Below, in pieces: positions 18,777-28,423 of a stretch of DNA of 64,000 bases (the stretch's first letter is position 1; each line of letters opens with the position of its first letter). The stretch covers positions 23,556-87,555 of the forward strand of contig CAZRAC010000001.1 in NCBI GenBank assembly GCA_964597995.1, given 5' to 3'. The stretch comes from an uncultured Syntrophaceae bacterium. GTDB taxonomy: Bacteria; Desulfobacterota; Syntrophia; Syntrophales; UBA4778. Under the pieces are notes generated by a model, which searched no databases, had not been told where the DNA came from, and saw nothing but the letters and a program-made list of their open reading frames with translations. The position numbers and the translations under genes are program-made.

Positions 18777-21700
18777 TCATAGCGATTTAGTGTACCGACA
18801 CTTCTTCTTCGCATAATTAGAACAGCCGAGGAATTTTCTCCCGTACTTGCTCCGAACGACGAGGTATCCGCCACATCCTGGTTCTGGACATGGCTCTCCG
18901 GTCTGTTTTCCAGAAGGCATGTCTTCGTCCAGTTCAAGATTCCTGATGATTTCTTCAATAGTGGACTGACCTTCGAAGCGCCTCATGTGTTCTGCCGTGT
19001 CCTTGTGGCTTAATATGTTTAGACTGCCCTCCCAAGCAATGGTGTCATCAATAATTGCCACCTTCTGGTGCATGCTACGCCGCTCAATTACCATGACGCC
19101 AATACTGCGTAGTTGGTCAATTACGATGTCCGCCTGGTTTGCCATTTCCCCGGTCTGCTGGTTTCTTGGTCGAGTATAAACCCGGATGTCTATGCCCCTC
19201 TCTTTCATAACTCTGAAGTAATCCATGAAATTGCTGCTACGTCTCACTGAGAGAAAGGGGCTCAGAATAATAAGTCTCTGCTGACTTCGTATTACGTCTT
19301 GAAAAAACTGAGCCCAAAAGTTCTTTTCAGTATACATTTGGCCGAGATCAGGATTGTAGTGTCCCCCTGTAGATAGAAACGCCGTTGCCCACCTCTCAAA
19401 GTCACTTGTGAAGTAGCTGTCTACAAGACTTCCGGATGGTATCTGCTGCGCATTGCCGTAGAAATGGTGGATTATTCCAGACAGCACGGAATCACCATGC
19501 AAATCCGAAAGCAGGTGTTTAGTGTGTGCAACCAGGTAGAAACGATCCTTAGCTCGTGTGATTGCGACGTTCAACAAGAGCCTTGCATCGGAATCAGGTT
19601 TCGTGTCGTCGAGCATCGGCGCAACCTTTGTGCCTGATCCCTCAACCGTATCGAAGATAATAATCGGTTCCTCCCCGCCTTGAAACCGATGCACAGTGCT
19701 CGTCCGTATCCGATCTAGTATTCCCCAGTCTTTTGCGATCTTGTTTATCAGACGAGCCTGTGCTGCATAGGGAGCGATTATTCCGACTCGACCATCATGG
19801 ATGTTAGAGATGATTTTCTTCGCGATTGTGCAGCAAAGCAAGGCGTTGTATAGGTTGAACCGCCCGCCCGTAGAAAGTCGACTGCACCAAGGATTCATTC
19901 CAGCTGTTTCAACCAGCACAAGCGATTGCGTTGCTATACCGTCATCTGGACTCCCGTTGTTCGTGGCCGGGGCATCTTTTAACATACCCTGATAGAAGAA
20001 TTTGTTCGGAATAACAGAGATGTCGGGTGCCATACGGTATTGCGTGTCAAGGAGGGTAACGCGATCATCCCGAACGGCCTTTTTTACCTGGTCGATACCT
20101 AGAACAGAAAATATGCTTCGACCTAACCACTTTTGCGCCATGGCCTCCTGTGCTATGCATATGGGTGGTAATTGAAGGAAATCTCCAACAATCGTGACGT
20201 AGCCACGACATTTGCTAGCGGCCCAATAGAGATGCGGCAGCGGTGCCATGCTGGCCTCATCAAGAATGAGAACATCAAAAGGCGCATCCGGGAATTGTTT
20301 TGCGGTAAAAGTCTTTGTAAGTGTCGTCGCAATGAGCCTTGCTTCCGAGAGAATTTTCTTTGTGATTTCATCAAGCTCGTGATTTATTTCAGCAATTCTC
20401 GATAATATCGCAAGTATCTTCGCCTCTATTTCCTTCTTACTGGATTCGATTTCAGCCTCCGAAACCCCGGCAGCGGACAAAAGACGGTCGGCCAATACTT
20501 TCGCTTTCTTGACTTCAGCGTCTTTTGTGACCATCAATTCTTCCAGGATAACGAGGCGTTCTGTTATCTCTTTTAATAGCCTTTTCCTGGAATCTACTGT
20601 CACACTGGTCTGATCGATCTCCCGCTGAATTTTGCGAGGATCAAGGCCCTTAAAAAATCTCTTGATCGAGCCGGATGACTGAGCCTCGATCAGCCTTTCT
20701 CGGTTCTTTCTCTGCCGTGTCTCCAATTCTGACAGTTCGCGGGTGGTTGCAGAAAGCTTATCTGACAGCTGGGACAATTCAGATGAAAAGGCAGACAGTT
20801 CTGAGGACAGGGTTCTGACAGCATAAATAGCGTAGATTAAAGTTTCGTATTGAGCTAGCTTGGCATCAAACTCGGTTTTTTGTTCTTCAAGTTCGCGCTT
20901 TTCTTTCGATAGGGATTCACCGAGATGATTTGCGATCTTGTCCAACAACACTAAAGGATAATTTTCCAGTCTCTTAGAATGACTGGATTGCGGGATGCCG
21001 AGCCTTACCAGCTTACCATCTGTGTAAAACGAAGTGGCCTTTAGCTGTTCAGCAACGTCCTCCAATGCCTCATCAACGGCAGCGTTTGCATGGGAAACCA
21101 GAAGAACACGTCGCCCCGCATGAAGATGGGCTTCAATGGCTTGAGCAATAGCTTTGGTTTTGCCTGTTCCAGGGGGCCCCCAAATGACAGCCGTCTGAGA
21201 AAAGAAGGACGCTGTAATCGCTCTTTTTTGAGCCTCATTCGGAGGCCTTACGGAAACAGAACACTGCGGCCTGATCTCGTGCTTGCATCTGCCGCAAATC
21301 GGGCTTCGTGACGATATGTAGTTCGTCATTCTGTTCACGGTTCCGCAGTTTCCACATGGGACTAAATTCTCGAAGCCGGGTATTGCAGCGGTTTTCCCGC
21401 TTAAGAGAATCTCGCTGATAGCCGGGGCAGTGCCATCGTTCAATTCAGTAAATTTATTTTTGAGTAGCTCCAGCAGATACCACATATTGGTTTGAAGCTT
21501 AGCCTCCGCAATATGCTGACCGCAGAACTGTTCAATTCCGATTTCCACTTCCAGGCCTTGCGTCAACAGGACTTGCGCCGAATAGCGCTTGCCGCGAATG
21601 TCGATCTCGGCAGGCGAATCATCCAAAACGGCCAAGAAGTTCTCCAGGTTGAATACATATATGAAAAGGCCCGAAACCCTGCGTAGAAAGCAGCCGTTGA

Positions 21701-21794
21701 ATACCTTGACAATACTGCCTCCCTTGCCTTTCTTGATAGCGGTGATTTCCTGGTCAAGGGCTATGATAAACTCGTTGATAATGGTTGAAGGCAT
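18777..21794 (-). CDS. SF1 (Upf1/DNA2-like) helicase fused to a PLD-family nuclease and zinc fingers; Mokosh type II-like candidate defence protein
   Basis: 1005 aa. Zn ribbon CGNCG..CGRCKHE. Walker A GPPGTGKT. A ~200-aa coiled-coil insert. ILDEASM, TQYRM, VHRFQGGE and ITRAK helicase motifs. PLD motif HQKVAIIDD..GSLN. C-terminal topoisomerase-type finger CPEPGCGG..GCSNY..KKCRY. The locus is AT-richer than its flanks. Confidence 0.85.
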   Translation of the reverse strand: MPSTIINEFIIALDQEITAIKKGKGGSIVKVFNGCFLRRVSGLFIYVFNLENFLAVLDDSPAEIDIRGKRYSAQVLLTQGLEVEIGIEQFCGQHIAEAKLQTNMWYLLELLKNKFTELNDGTAPAISEILLSGKTAAIPGFENLVPCGNCGTVNRMTNYISSRSPICGRCKHEIRPQCSVSVRPPNEAQKRAITASFFSQTAVIWGPPGTGKTKAIAQAIEAHLHAGRRVLLVSHANAAVDEALEDVAEQLKATSFYTDGKLVRLGIPQSSHSKRLENYPLVLLDKIANHLGESLSKEKRELEEQKTEFDAKLAQYETLIYAIYAVRTLSSELSAFSSELSQLSDKLSATTRELSELETRQRKNRERLIEAQSSGSIKRFFKGLDPRKIQREIDQTSVTVDSRKRLLKEITERLVILEELMVTKDAEVKKAKVLADRLLSAAGVSEAEIESSKKEIEAKILAILSRIAEINHELDEITKKILSEARLIATTLTKTFTAKQFPDAPFDVLILDEASMAPLPHLYWAASKCRGYVTIVGDFLQLPPICIAQEAMAQKWLGRSIFSVLGIDQVKKAVRDDRVTLLDTQYRMAPDISVIPNKFFYQGMLKDAPATNNGSPDDGIATQSLVLVETAGMNPWCSRLSTGGRFNLYNALLCCTIAKKIISNIHDGRVGIIAPYAAQARLINKIAKDWGILDRIRTSTVHRFQGGEEPIIIFDTVEGSGTKVAPMLDDTKPDSDARLLLNVAITRAKDRFYLVAHTKHLLSDLHGDSVLSGIIHHFYGNAQQIPSGSLVDSYFTSDFERWATAFLSTGGHYNPDLGQMYTEKNFWAQFFQDVIRSQQRLIILSPFLSVRRSSNFMDYFRVMKERGIDIRVYTRPRNQQTGEMANQADIVIDQLRSIGVMVIERRSMHQKVAIIDDTIAWEGSLNILSHKDTAEHMRRFEGQSTIEEIIRNLELDEDMPSGKQTGEPCPEPGCGGYLVVRSKYGRKFLGCSNYAKKKCRYTKSL

Positions 21795-21910
21795 TTTCAG
21801 ATTTCCATGTCATATGCCATTTCGTTCGCACAACGGCAGGGGTGAAGCGCGGCGGCTTTTGACCGTCGCCGCGATCCAATTGTTAACAACTGTTTTCAAT
21901 TGTCTGTTGG

Positions 21911-22186
21911 TCACGGTAAATGAATGGCCTTTAGAACCCGGTATGTTTCACGATCCAATCTCTCAAATATTGCGGTATTAGTTTCTGCGCAATAGCAGGC
22001 TCCTTTATTCGTGTGGTTTTTGCAATGGTCTGATGGGTAGAGCCAATCTTCCATTTCGCGAAGTTCAGGGAACCTGCGGAGAAGCATCTCTATAATTTCC
22101 TTTTTCATCAAAACTCGGCCTTCGCAAAGCATCATGGCATCTGCAAATTGGTTATGGAATTTGGTCGCGAATTCTCTCCACCCCAT
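21911..22186 (-). CDS. Small Cys/His-rich hypothetical protein, co-oriented upstream of the helicase-PLD gene
   Basis: 91 aa (..YPSDHCKNHTNKGACYCAETN..YRVL), with the same AT-rich composition as the helicase gene. The gap to that gene is 116 nt. No domain recognised. Confidence 0.5.
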   Translation of the reverse strand: MGWREFATKFHNQFADAMMLCEGRVLMKKEIIEMLLRRFPELREMEDWLYPSDHCKNHTNKGACYCAETNTAIFERLDRETYRVLKAIHLP

Positions 22187-22522
22187 ATCCGTTACTCCTT
22201 TGGAGCATTGGTATCGCTCATTAGGCTAACATTAAAACTCATCTACATGCCGCGACCCTCCACATTTCCGTGCAGATGTTAGCCGGGGGCATGGGGAATG
22301 TCAAGGTGATTTTTGGAAAATTCTTAAATGATTTCAAGCCAGAATGTGCTTACAGTGGGCAGATGGGATAACAGAACGCTGAAATAGTCCTGGCCCGTTG
22401 CCTCATAAAAATTGTTACCGAAGGATAGGCTGATCGCGGTAAAGATGTCCTTTCTTTTTAATACGAGATTCGCTTATAATTCGGTGCCTGACGGTTGATG
22501 TCTTTTGACGAAAGGATTCCCG

Positions 22523-23848
22523 ATGGATTACGTCCCGCATACGCCTGCCGATGAAGAGGCCATGCTGCAGACGATCGGCGTCGGGTCGGTCGAAGACCTT
22601 TTCGCGGACATCCCGGAGCGCTACAGGCTGAAAAGACTCCTCGACCTGCCGCAGCCCCTTTCCGAGCAGGAACTCTCCGCCCTGATGAGGGAGATCGGTT
22701 CTGAGAATAAGGTCCCCGAGATAACGTTGATGGGCGCGGGGGCTTACAATCACTACATCCCGGCCGTCGTCGGTCACGTCGTCTCACGGAGCGAGTTCTA
22801 CACCGCCTATACCCCTTACCAGGCCGAAGTCAGCCAGGGCATCCTTCAGGTGATTTACGAATACCAGACGATGCTCGCCCGTCTCACCGGAATGCAGGTG
22901 GCGAACGCCTCTATGTACGACGGGGCTTCGGCGATGGCCGAGGCGGCCGTCCTGGCGGCAAAGACCCTGAACCGCAGCAAGATAGTGATGGTTAAGAGCG
23001 TCCATCCCGAGTACCGCCGGGTTGTGAAGACTTACTGCTGGGCGAACGGATACGAATGCGTGGAAACAGCCTGGGGAAGCTCCGGTCAGGCCGACATCCC
23101 TTCACTGGAGCAGGCGGTTGACGAAAACACGGCGGCCGTCCTGGTGCAGAGCCCGAACTTCTTCGGCATCATCGAGGATATCGCTGCGATAGAACCTGTG
23201 GTTCATGCGAAAGGCGCCCTCCTCGTTTCGGGGTTCACCGAGGCGACCTCCCTCGGCATCCTCAAGCCTGCCGGGGCGTCTGGGGCCGATTTCGTCGTGG
23301 GCGAGGGGCAAAGCTTCGGGAACCCGATGAATTACGGCGGTCCCTATCTCGGTATCTTTGCGGGCACCGACAGATTTCTGCGAAAAATCCCCGGCCGCCT
23401 TGTCGGGGCGACGGTGGATAGAGAAGGCCGTCGGGGATTCGTTCTTACGCTTCAGACAAGGGAACAACACATCCGCCGGGAAAAGGCGACATCAAACATC
23501 TGCTCCAACGAGGCCCTCTGTGCCCTGGCCGCGGCCGTCTACCTCGTCAGTCTGGGGAAAAAACTGAAAGACCTGGCAGGGTTGAACATCCGGAAGGCGC
23601 AGTATTTGAGGAGCCGACTCCTGGAGCTGCCCAGTTGGGAACCGGTCTTCACCGGCGCGGTCTACAATGAATTCGCCGTCCGCTGTCCCGACGCAAGAGA
23701 GGTCAACCGGAGGCTCGAGGCGCGGGGGATCGTCGGCGGCTATGATCTCGAGAAAGACTACCCCGAACTTGAAAACTGCCTGCTCTTCTGCGCAACCGAG
23801 ATGTTGCAGAAGAAGGACATGGACATGGTCGCCGCCCTCGTTGCTTAA
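22523..23848 (+). CDS. gcvPA: Glycine dehydrogenase (aminomethyl-transferring) subunit 1
   Basis: The conserved N-terminus [15 protein letters not shown] starts at ATG 22523 (the listed ORF starts at 22505). YTPYQAE is the family motif. Confidence 0.9.
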   Translation: MDYVPHTPADEEAMLQTIGVGSVEDLFADIPERYRLKRLLDLPQPLSEQELSALMREIGSENKVPEITLMGAGAYNHYIPAVVGHVVSRSEFYTAYTPYQAEVSQGILQVIYEYQTMLARLTGMQVANASMYDGASAMAEAAVLAAKTLNRSKIVMVKSVHPEYRRVVKTYCWANGYECVETAWGSSGQADIPSLEQAVDENTAAVLVQSPNFFGIIEDIAAIEPVVHAKGALLVSGFTEATSLGILKPAGASGADFVVGEGQSFGNPMNYGGPYLGIFAGTDRFLRKIPGRLVGATVDREGRRGFVLTLQTREQHIRREKATSNICSNEALCALAAAVYLVSLGKKLKDLAGLNIRKAQYLRSRLLELPSWEPVFTGAVYNEFAVRCPDAREVNRRLEARGIVGGYDLEKDYPELENCLLFCATEMLQKKDMDMVAALVA

Positions 23849-23864
23849 GAAGAAAGGAACCGCC

Positions 23865-25307
23865 ATGAAACTTATCTTCGAGAAGAGCCGGCCCGGAAGA
23901 AGCGCAACGACCCTGCCCGCCACAGACGTCCCCGCCCTGCCTGTGGAAACGGTCATCGACAAAAACTTGCTCCGGGAGGACCTCGGCCTGCCTGAGGTCG
24001 CGGAAATAGACCTCGTCCGCCATTACACCCGGCTTTCCGGGAGGAATTTCGGCGTGGACTCGGGTTTCTACCCCCTCGGTTCCTGCACGATGAAGTACAA
24101 CCCAAAAATCAACGAGGACATAGCCCGGCTGGCCGGGTTCACCGCCCTCCACCCTTACGCCCCGGAGCGGTTTTCCCAGGGCAACCTCCGCCTCCTGTAC
24201 GAGTTGCGGCAATACCTGAGCGAAATCTTCGGTATGGGGGATTTTGCCCTTCAGCCCGCGGCAGGCGCCCACGGGGAATTGACGGGCGTGATGGTCATCA
24301 AGAAATATTTCGAAAAGAAGGGAGAGAAGCGAACCCGGATGCTCATCCCGGACACCGCCCACGGAACAAACCCGGCCTCCGGGGCGCTCTGCGGCTACCA
24401 GGTCGTCACAGTCCCCTCGAACGACGAGGGGGGCGTCGACATCGACCGCCTCCGGGAGCTGATGACGGAGGACGTGGCCGGCCTTATGCTCACCAACCCC
24501 AACACGCTCGGGCTCTTTGAGCGGAACAGCGAACGCGTCGCCCGGATCGTCCACGAAAAGGGCGGGCTCCTTTACTGCGACGGGGCGAACGCGAATGCCT
24601 TTCTGGGGAAGACAAGGCCCGGCGACCTCGGTTTCGACGTCATCCAGTTAAACCTCCACAAGACTTTCGCCACACCCCACGGCTGCGGCGGTCCCGGGAG
24701 CGGCCCCGTCGGCGTGGCAAGGAAGCTCGTCAAATTTCTCCCCGTCCCAAGGGTAGTCAAAAAAGGGAAGAAATACCTCTGGAGCTACGACCATCCCGAC
24801 TCGATCGGCCGGGTCCGTGCCTTCTACGGTAATTTCAACGTGATCGTAAAGGCCTATGCCTACATCCGTTCTCTCGGCCCGGAGGGCCTCCGGAAGGTGA
24901 GCGAAGCGGCGGTCCTGAACGCCAATTACATCAAGGAAAGGCTGCGGCCTTACTACGAGCTACCTTACGACCGGACCTGCATGCACGAGTGCGTCTTCTC
25001 GGGCAGAAAGCAGGTGAAGGAAAGCGGCGTCCACACCTCGGACATCGCTAAGCGTCTCCTCGACTACGGCTACCACCCGCCGACTATCTATTTCCCGCTT
25101 ATCGTCCCGGAAGCTATCATGATCGAGCCGACTGAGACCGAAAGCAAGGAGACCCTCGATGCCTTCTGCGACGCCATGATCGCCATCGCCGGGGAGGCAA
25201 AGGAAAACCCCGAACTCGTCAAGTCGGCGCCCCTCACCACCCCGGTCAGGCGTCTCGACGAGGTGAAGGCCGCCCGCGAGCCCGACGTCTGCCGGCGTGA
25301 ATCGTGA
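23865..25307 (+). CDS. gcvPB: Glycine dehydrogenase (aminomethyl-transferring) subunit 2
   Basis: True start is ATG 23865 ([12 protein letters not shown]). [10 protein letters not shown] and NLHKTF (PLP lysine) are present. The long upstream extension of the listed ORF overlaps gcvPA. Confidence 0.9.
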   Translation: MKLIFEKSRPGRSATTLPATDVPALPVETVIDKNLLREDLGLPEVAEIDLVRHYTRLSGRNFGVDSGFYPLGSCTMKYNPKINEDIARLAGFTALHPYAPERFSQGNLRLLYELRQYLSEIFGMGDFALQPAAGAHGELTGVMVIKKYFEKKGEKRTRMLIPDTAHGTNPASGALCGYQVVTVPSNDEGGVDIDRLRELMTEDVAGLMLTNPNTLGLFERNSERVARIVHEKGGLLYCDGANANAFLGKTRPGDLGFDVIQLNLHKTFATPHGCGGPGSGPVGVARKLVKFLPVPRVVKKGKKYLWSYDHPDSIGRVRAFYGNFNVIVKAYAYIRSLGPEGLRKVSEAAVLNANYIKERLRPYYELPYDRTCMHECVFSGRKQVKESGVHTSDIAKRLLDYGYHPPTIYFPLIVPEAIMIEPTETESKETLDAFCDAMIAIAGEAKENPELVKSAPLTTPVRRLDEVKAAREPDVCRRES

Positions 25308-25324
25308 ATAAGTGACGGCCGGAG

Positions 25325-26182
25325 GTGGGAATGCAGGTCAGTGGTCGTAAACCGGACTGGCTCAAGGTCAGGCTGCCGCACACGCCGGAATTCAACCGCG
25401 TAGCGGCAACGCTCGCGGATTGTCGCCTCCATTCCGTCTGCCGGGAGGCCCGCTGCCCGAACATCGCCGAGTGCTTCCATAGCGGAACGGCGACCTTCCT
25501 CATCCTAGGAAACGTCTGCACCCGGCACTGCTTGTACTGCAACGTCCGCCACGGCGTCCCCTCGGCCCCCGATGCCGGTGAACCTGCCCGTCTGACGGAG
25601 GCGGCGACCCGGCTGAACCTGCGTTACGTGGTGATCACCTCTGTCACGCGAGACGACCTCCCCGACGAGGGAGCAGGTCTATTCGCCGAGTGCATCGAGA
25701 CGCTCAGGGCGGGAGTCCCCGGCTGCAGGGTGGAGGTCCTCATCCCGGATTTCCGGGGAAACCCGCAGGCGTTGGACAAGGTAGCGAATGCCCGGCCCGG
25801 CGTGATCAACCACAACATGGAGGTCGTAAGGCCGCTCTTCCCGGCCCTGCGACCCCAGGGCGATTACGGTATCTCCTTGGAAATCATAAGCCGCATAAAG
25901 AGATACGATGCCAAGATCATCAGTAAATCCGGGTTCATGGTCGGCCTGGGGGAGGGCTGGGGCGACATCATCGATCTTATGGAAGACCTGGCGGGGGCCG
26001 GCTGCGAGCGCCTCACCATCGGGCAGTACCAGCAGCCCCGTCGGGATAACGCCCCGGTGCAGAGGTACTATCATCCTGAGGAGTTTGAGAGGTTGAGGGA
26101 GATTGCCCTCGGGATGGGGTTCCAGCACGTGGAGGCCGGGCCTCTGGTCCGCAGCTCTTACCATGCCGCCGGGGCAGATTAG
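25325..26182 (+). CDS. lipA: Lipoyl synthase
   Basis: 285 aa. CPNIAEC auxiliary cluster and radical-SAM CTRHCLYC motif. Confidence 0.9.
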   Translation: MGMQVSGRKPDWLKVRLPHTPEFNRVAATLADCRLHSVCREARCPNIAECFHSGTATFLILGNVCTRHCLYCNVRHGVPSAPDAGEPARLTEAATRLNLRYVVITSVTRDDLPDEGAGLFAECIETLRAGVPGCRVEVLIPDFRGNPQALDKVANARPGVINHNMEVVRPLFPALRPQGDYGISLEIISRIKRYDAKIISKSGFMVGLGEGWGDIIDLMEDLAGAGCERLTIGQYQQPRRDNAPVQRYYHPEEFERLREIALGMGFQHVEAGPLVRSSYHAAGAD

Positions 26183-26191
26183 GGGGTAAAC

Positions 26192-27553
26192 GTGGCGAGG
26201 GAATATGACATCGTCGTCATCGGCGCCGGTCCCGGCGGTTATGCTGCCGCAGAGAAGGCCGCCCGCCTCGGCGCCCGGGTGGCCGTAGTGGAAAAGGAAA
26301 GATGGGGCGGAACTTGCGCCCACGTGGGCTGTATCCCCACGAAGGCCCTCCTCGCCGGCAGCAGGAGATACGCGGAGATAAAGAAGCTGGAGCGCCTCGG
26401 GACGGCCGTCAGCGGCGCTTCCTTTGATTACCAGGGCCTAAAAAGGCACAAGGAGCAGATGGTGCGCCTCGCAGCGGCCGGCGTCAGAAAAACCCTTCAG
26501 GATGTGGGGGCGGAGAGGTTGGAAGGGACGGGGCATTTACTCTCACCTTCTGAGGTCGAAGTTGCAGGAGCAGGCGGGGAAAGGACACGGTTGCGGGCAA
26601 GACGGGTCCTTATCGCCTGGGGGTCGGAGCCCCTATCCCTTCCGGGTGTCAGGCTTTCCGACCGCGTCATGAATTCCGACGGTTTTCTCGCCCTAAACAG
26701 GCTGCCCGCGAGCGCCGTAGTCGTGGGGGGCGGTGCGATCGGCGTCGAATTCGCTAACTTTCTGGCGGAGTTGGGCATTCGGGTGACCCTCGTCGAGCTC
26801 TTGAGTCAGATCCTCCCCTCTGAGGATAAGGATGCCGCCGACTTCCTCGCCGGAGAATTGACCAAGGCGGGCGTCGAGATTTATACCTCGACGCGGATGA
26901 CCTCTCTCGAAGAAAGGGAGAAAGAGGTCCTCCTGGTAGGGGAGAAGGAAGGCAGAGAATTGACGGCCCGGGCGGAGTGCGCCCTTATCGCCACGGGACG
27001 AAGGCCCCTCATCCATGCCGGAGAACTCGACCGGCTCGGGATCGTATACGATGGTCGTGGAGGGATCACCGTGACAGAACGCCAGGAGACTTCGGTGGAA
27101 AATGTCTACGCCGTGGGCGATGTCACGGGGGGCTTGCTCCTTGCCCACAGGGCGAGTGCCCAGGGAAGGGCGCTCGCCAACCATCTCTTCGGCGACGGAG
27201 AGCTCTTCTACGACGAAAAGGCCGTCCCTTCCGTTGTTTACACCCATCCGGGCCTTGCCCGTGTGGGACTGACCGAGAAGGAGGCCCGCGCGCGGGGTAT
27301 GGATGCCGAAATCAGACGGGCGGAATACGGCGCCAACATGACCGCCCGGACGGAACTGATGGGGAACGGCTTCGTGAAGGTCCTGCTCTCTTCGGGAAAG
27401 GTCTGCGGCGTAACTATCGTCGGCGAAGGGGCGTCGGAACTGGTAGCCGCCGCGGGCCTCGCCATGACGGGCGAAATGGCGGAGCGCGACCTGAGAAAAT
27501 GGGTCCTGCCCCACCCGAGCCTGGGAGAGCTCCTCGGCCTCTTCGCCCCCTGA
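26192..27553 (+). CDS. lpdA: Dihydrolipoyl dehydrogenase
   Basis: 453 aa with a GTG start. GAGPGGY FAD motif and redox disulfide GGTCAHVGCIPTK. Confidence 0.85.
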   Translation: MAREYDIVVIGAGPGGYAAAEKAARLGARVAVVEKERWGGTCAHVGCIPTKALLAGSRRYAEIKKLERLGTAVSGASFDYQGLKRHKEQMVRLAAAGVRKTLQDVGAERLEGTGHLLSPSEVEVAGAGGERTRLRARRVLIAWGSEPLSLPGVRLSDRVMNSDGFLALNRLPASAVVVGGGAIGVEFANFLAELGIRVTLVELLSQILPSEDKDAADFLAGELTKAGVEIYTSTRMTSLEEREKEVLLVGEKEGRELTARAECALIATGRRPLIHAGELDRLGIVYDGRGGITVTERQETSVENVYAVGDVTGGLLLAHRASAQGRALANHLFGDGELFYDEKAVPSVVYTHPGLARVGLTEKEARARGMDAEIRRAEYGANMTARTELMGNGFVKVLLSSGKVCGVTIVGEGASELVAAAGLAMTGEMAERDLRKWVLPHPSLGELLGLFAP

Positions 27554-27563
27554 AGCGACCCCT

Positions 27564-28355
27564 ATGAACACGATCCTCAGCCTTTTCGCGGCCGTCTGCA
27601 TCGCACTGCCTTCCCCTGCTGACAGCGACTTTCCCTGTGCCGGAACGCCGGTCTACACGTGCAGAGTCGTGAAGGCATACCCCCATGACCCGACGGCCTT
27701 TACCCAAGGCCTTCTTTTCTACAGGGGCGCGCTCTACGAGAGCACGGGGAAGCACGGGCACTCTTCGTTGAGGAAAGTAGACCTCGCCACCGGCAAGGTC
27801 ATCAAGATCAGGCGTCTTCCGAACAGATACTTCGGCGAGGGCATCGCCCGGAAACGAAACCGGATTGTTCTCCTGACCTGGCAGGAGAGGGTAGGTTTCG
27901 TCTACGACTTAGAAACCTTCCGGCTTGTTGGGAGGTTTCGGTATGGAACGGAGGGGTGGGGCGTCACTTACGACGGACGCCGCTTCGTCATGAGCGACGG
28001 GACGGCGACACTCCGGTTTCTGGACCCTCGGACCTTCAAGGTGGTGAAAAGGCTGGTCGTGAAGGATAGAGGCAGGCCCGTCGACCGCCTGAACGAACTC
28101 GAGTTCGTCAGAGGGGAGATATTTGCGAACGTCTGGGGGACGGGCCTGATCGCCCGGATTGCGCCGGAGACCGGCGAGGTGGTAGGGTGGATAGACTTAA
28201 CCGGCCTTTATGCCGAAATCGAGGCCCCGGGAAAGGCCGACGTCCTGAACGGCATCGCCTACGACGCCGAGAGAGACCGCCTTTTCGTCACCGGTAAGTA
28301 CTGGCCGAAGCTGTTCGAAATAAGGCTCGTCCCCGCGGGGGACGGGCGAAGATGA
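27564..28355 (+). CDS. Glutaminyl-peptide cyclotransferase (beta-propeller type)
   Basis: 263 aa with a signal peptide. YPHDPTAFTQGLLFYRGALYESTGKHGHSSLRKVDLATGKV is the characteristic N-terminal block. Confidence 0.8.
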   Translation: MNTILSLFAAVCIALPSPADSDFPCAGTPVYTCRVVKAYPHDPTAFTQGLLFYRGALYESTGKHGHSSLRKVDLATGKVIKIRRLPNRYFGEGIARKRNRIVLLTWQERVGFVYDLETFRLVGRFRYGTEGWGVTYDGRRFVMSDGTATLRFLDPRTFKVVKRLVVKDRGRPVDRLNELEFVRGEIFANVWGTGLIARIAPETGEVVGWIDLTGLYAEIEAPGKADVLNGIAYDAERDRLFVTGKYWPKLFEIRLVPAGDGRR

Positions 28356-28358
28356 AAG

Positions 28359-28386
28359 CGGAAATGTTTCACGTGAAACATTTCCG
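28359..28386. terminator. Perfect 28-bp palindrome between convergent genes (probable bidirectional terminator)
   Basis: CGGAAATGTTTCAC|GTGAAACATTTCCG lies between the stop at 28355 (+) and the stop at 28424 (-). There is no clear T-run on either side. Confidence 0.5.
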
Positions 28387-28423
28387 TCTCCCTAAAAGTC
28401 TGACGCCGGACTCCTCTCCGCCG

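Noticed and set aside
18492-22329. Imperfect direct repeat GAAAATT(C)TTAA at 18492-18503 and 22316-22329 as possible att-like island boundaries
   Set aside because: It is only ~12 nt, AT-rich and needs an indel to align, so it is easily a chance match. No integrase or tRNA is present to support site-specific integration.
22187-22522. Possible glycine riboswitch upstream of gcvPA
   Set aside because: Only a weak ACCGAAGG-like fragment (GTTACCGAAGGATAGGC) is present. I could not find the GGAGAG / ACCGAAGGGGCAA / CUCAGGCAAAAGGAC consensus blocks or tandem aptamers. An RF00504 cmsearch would be needed to revive this.
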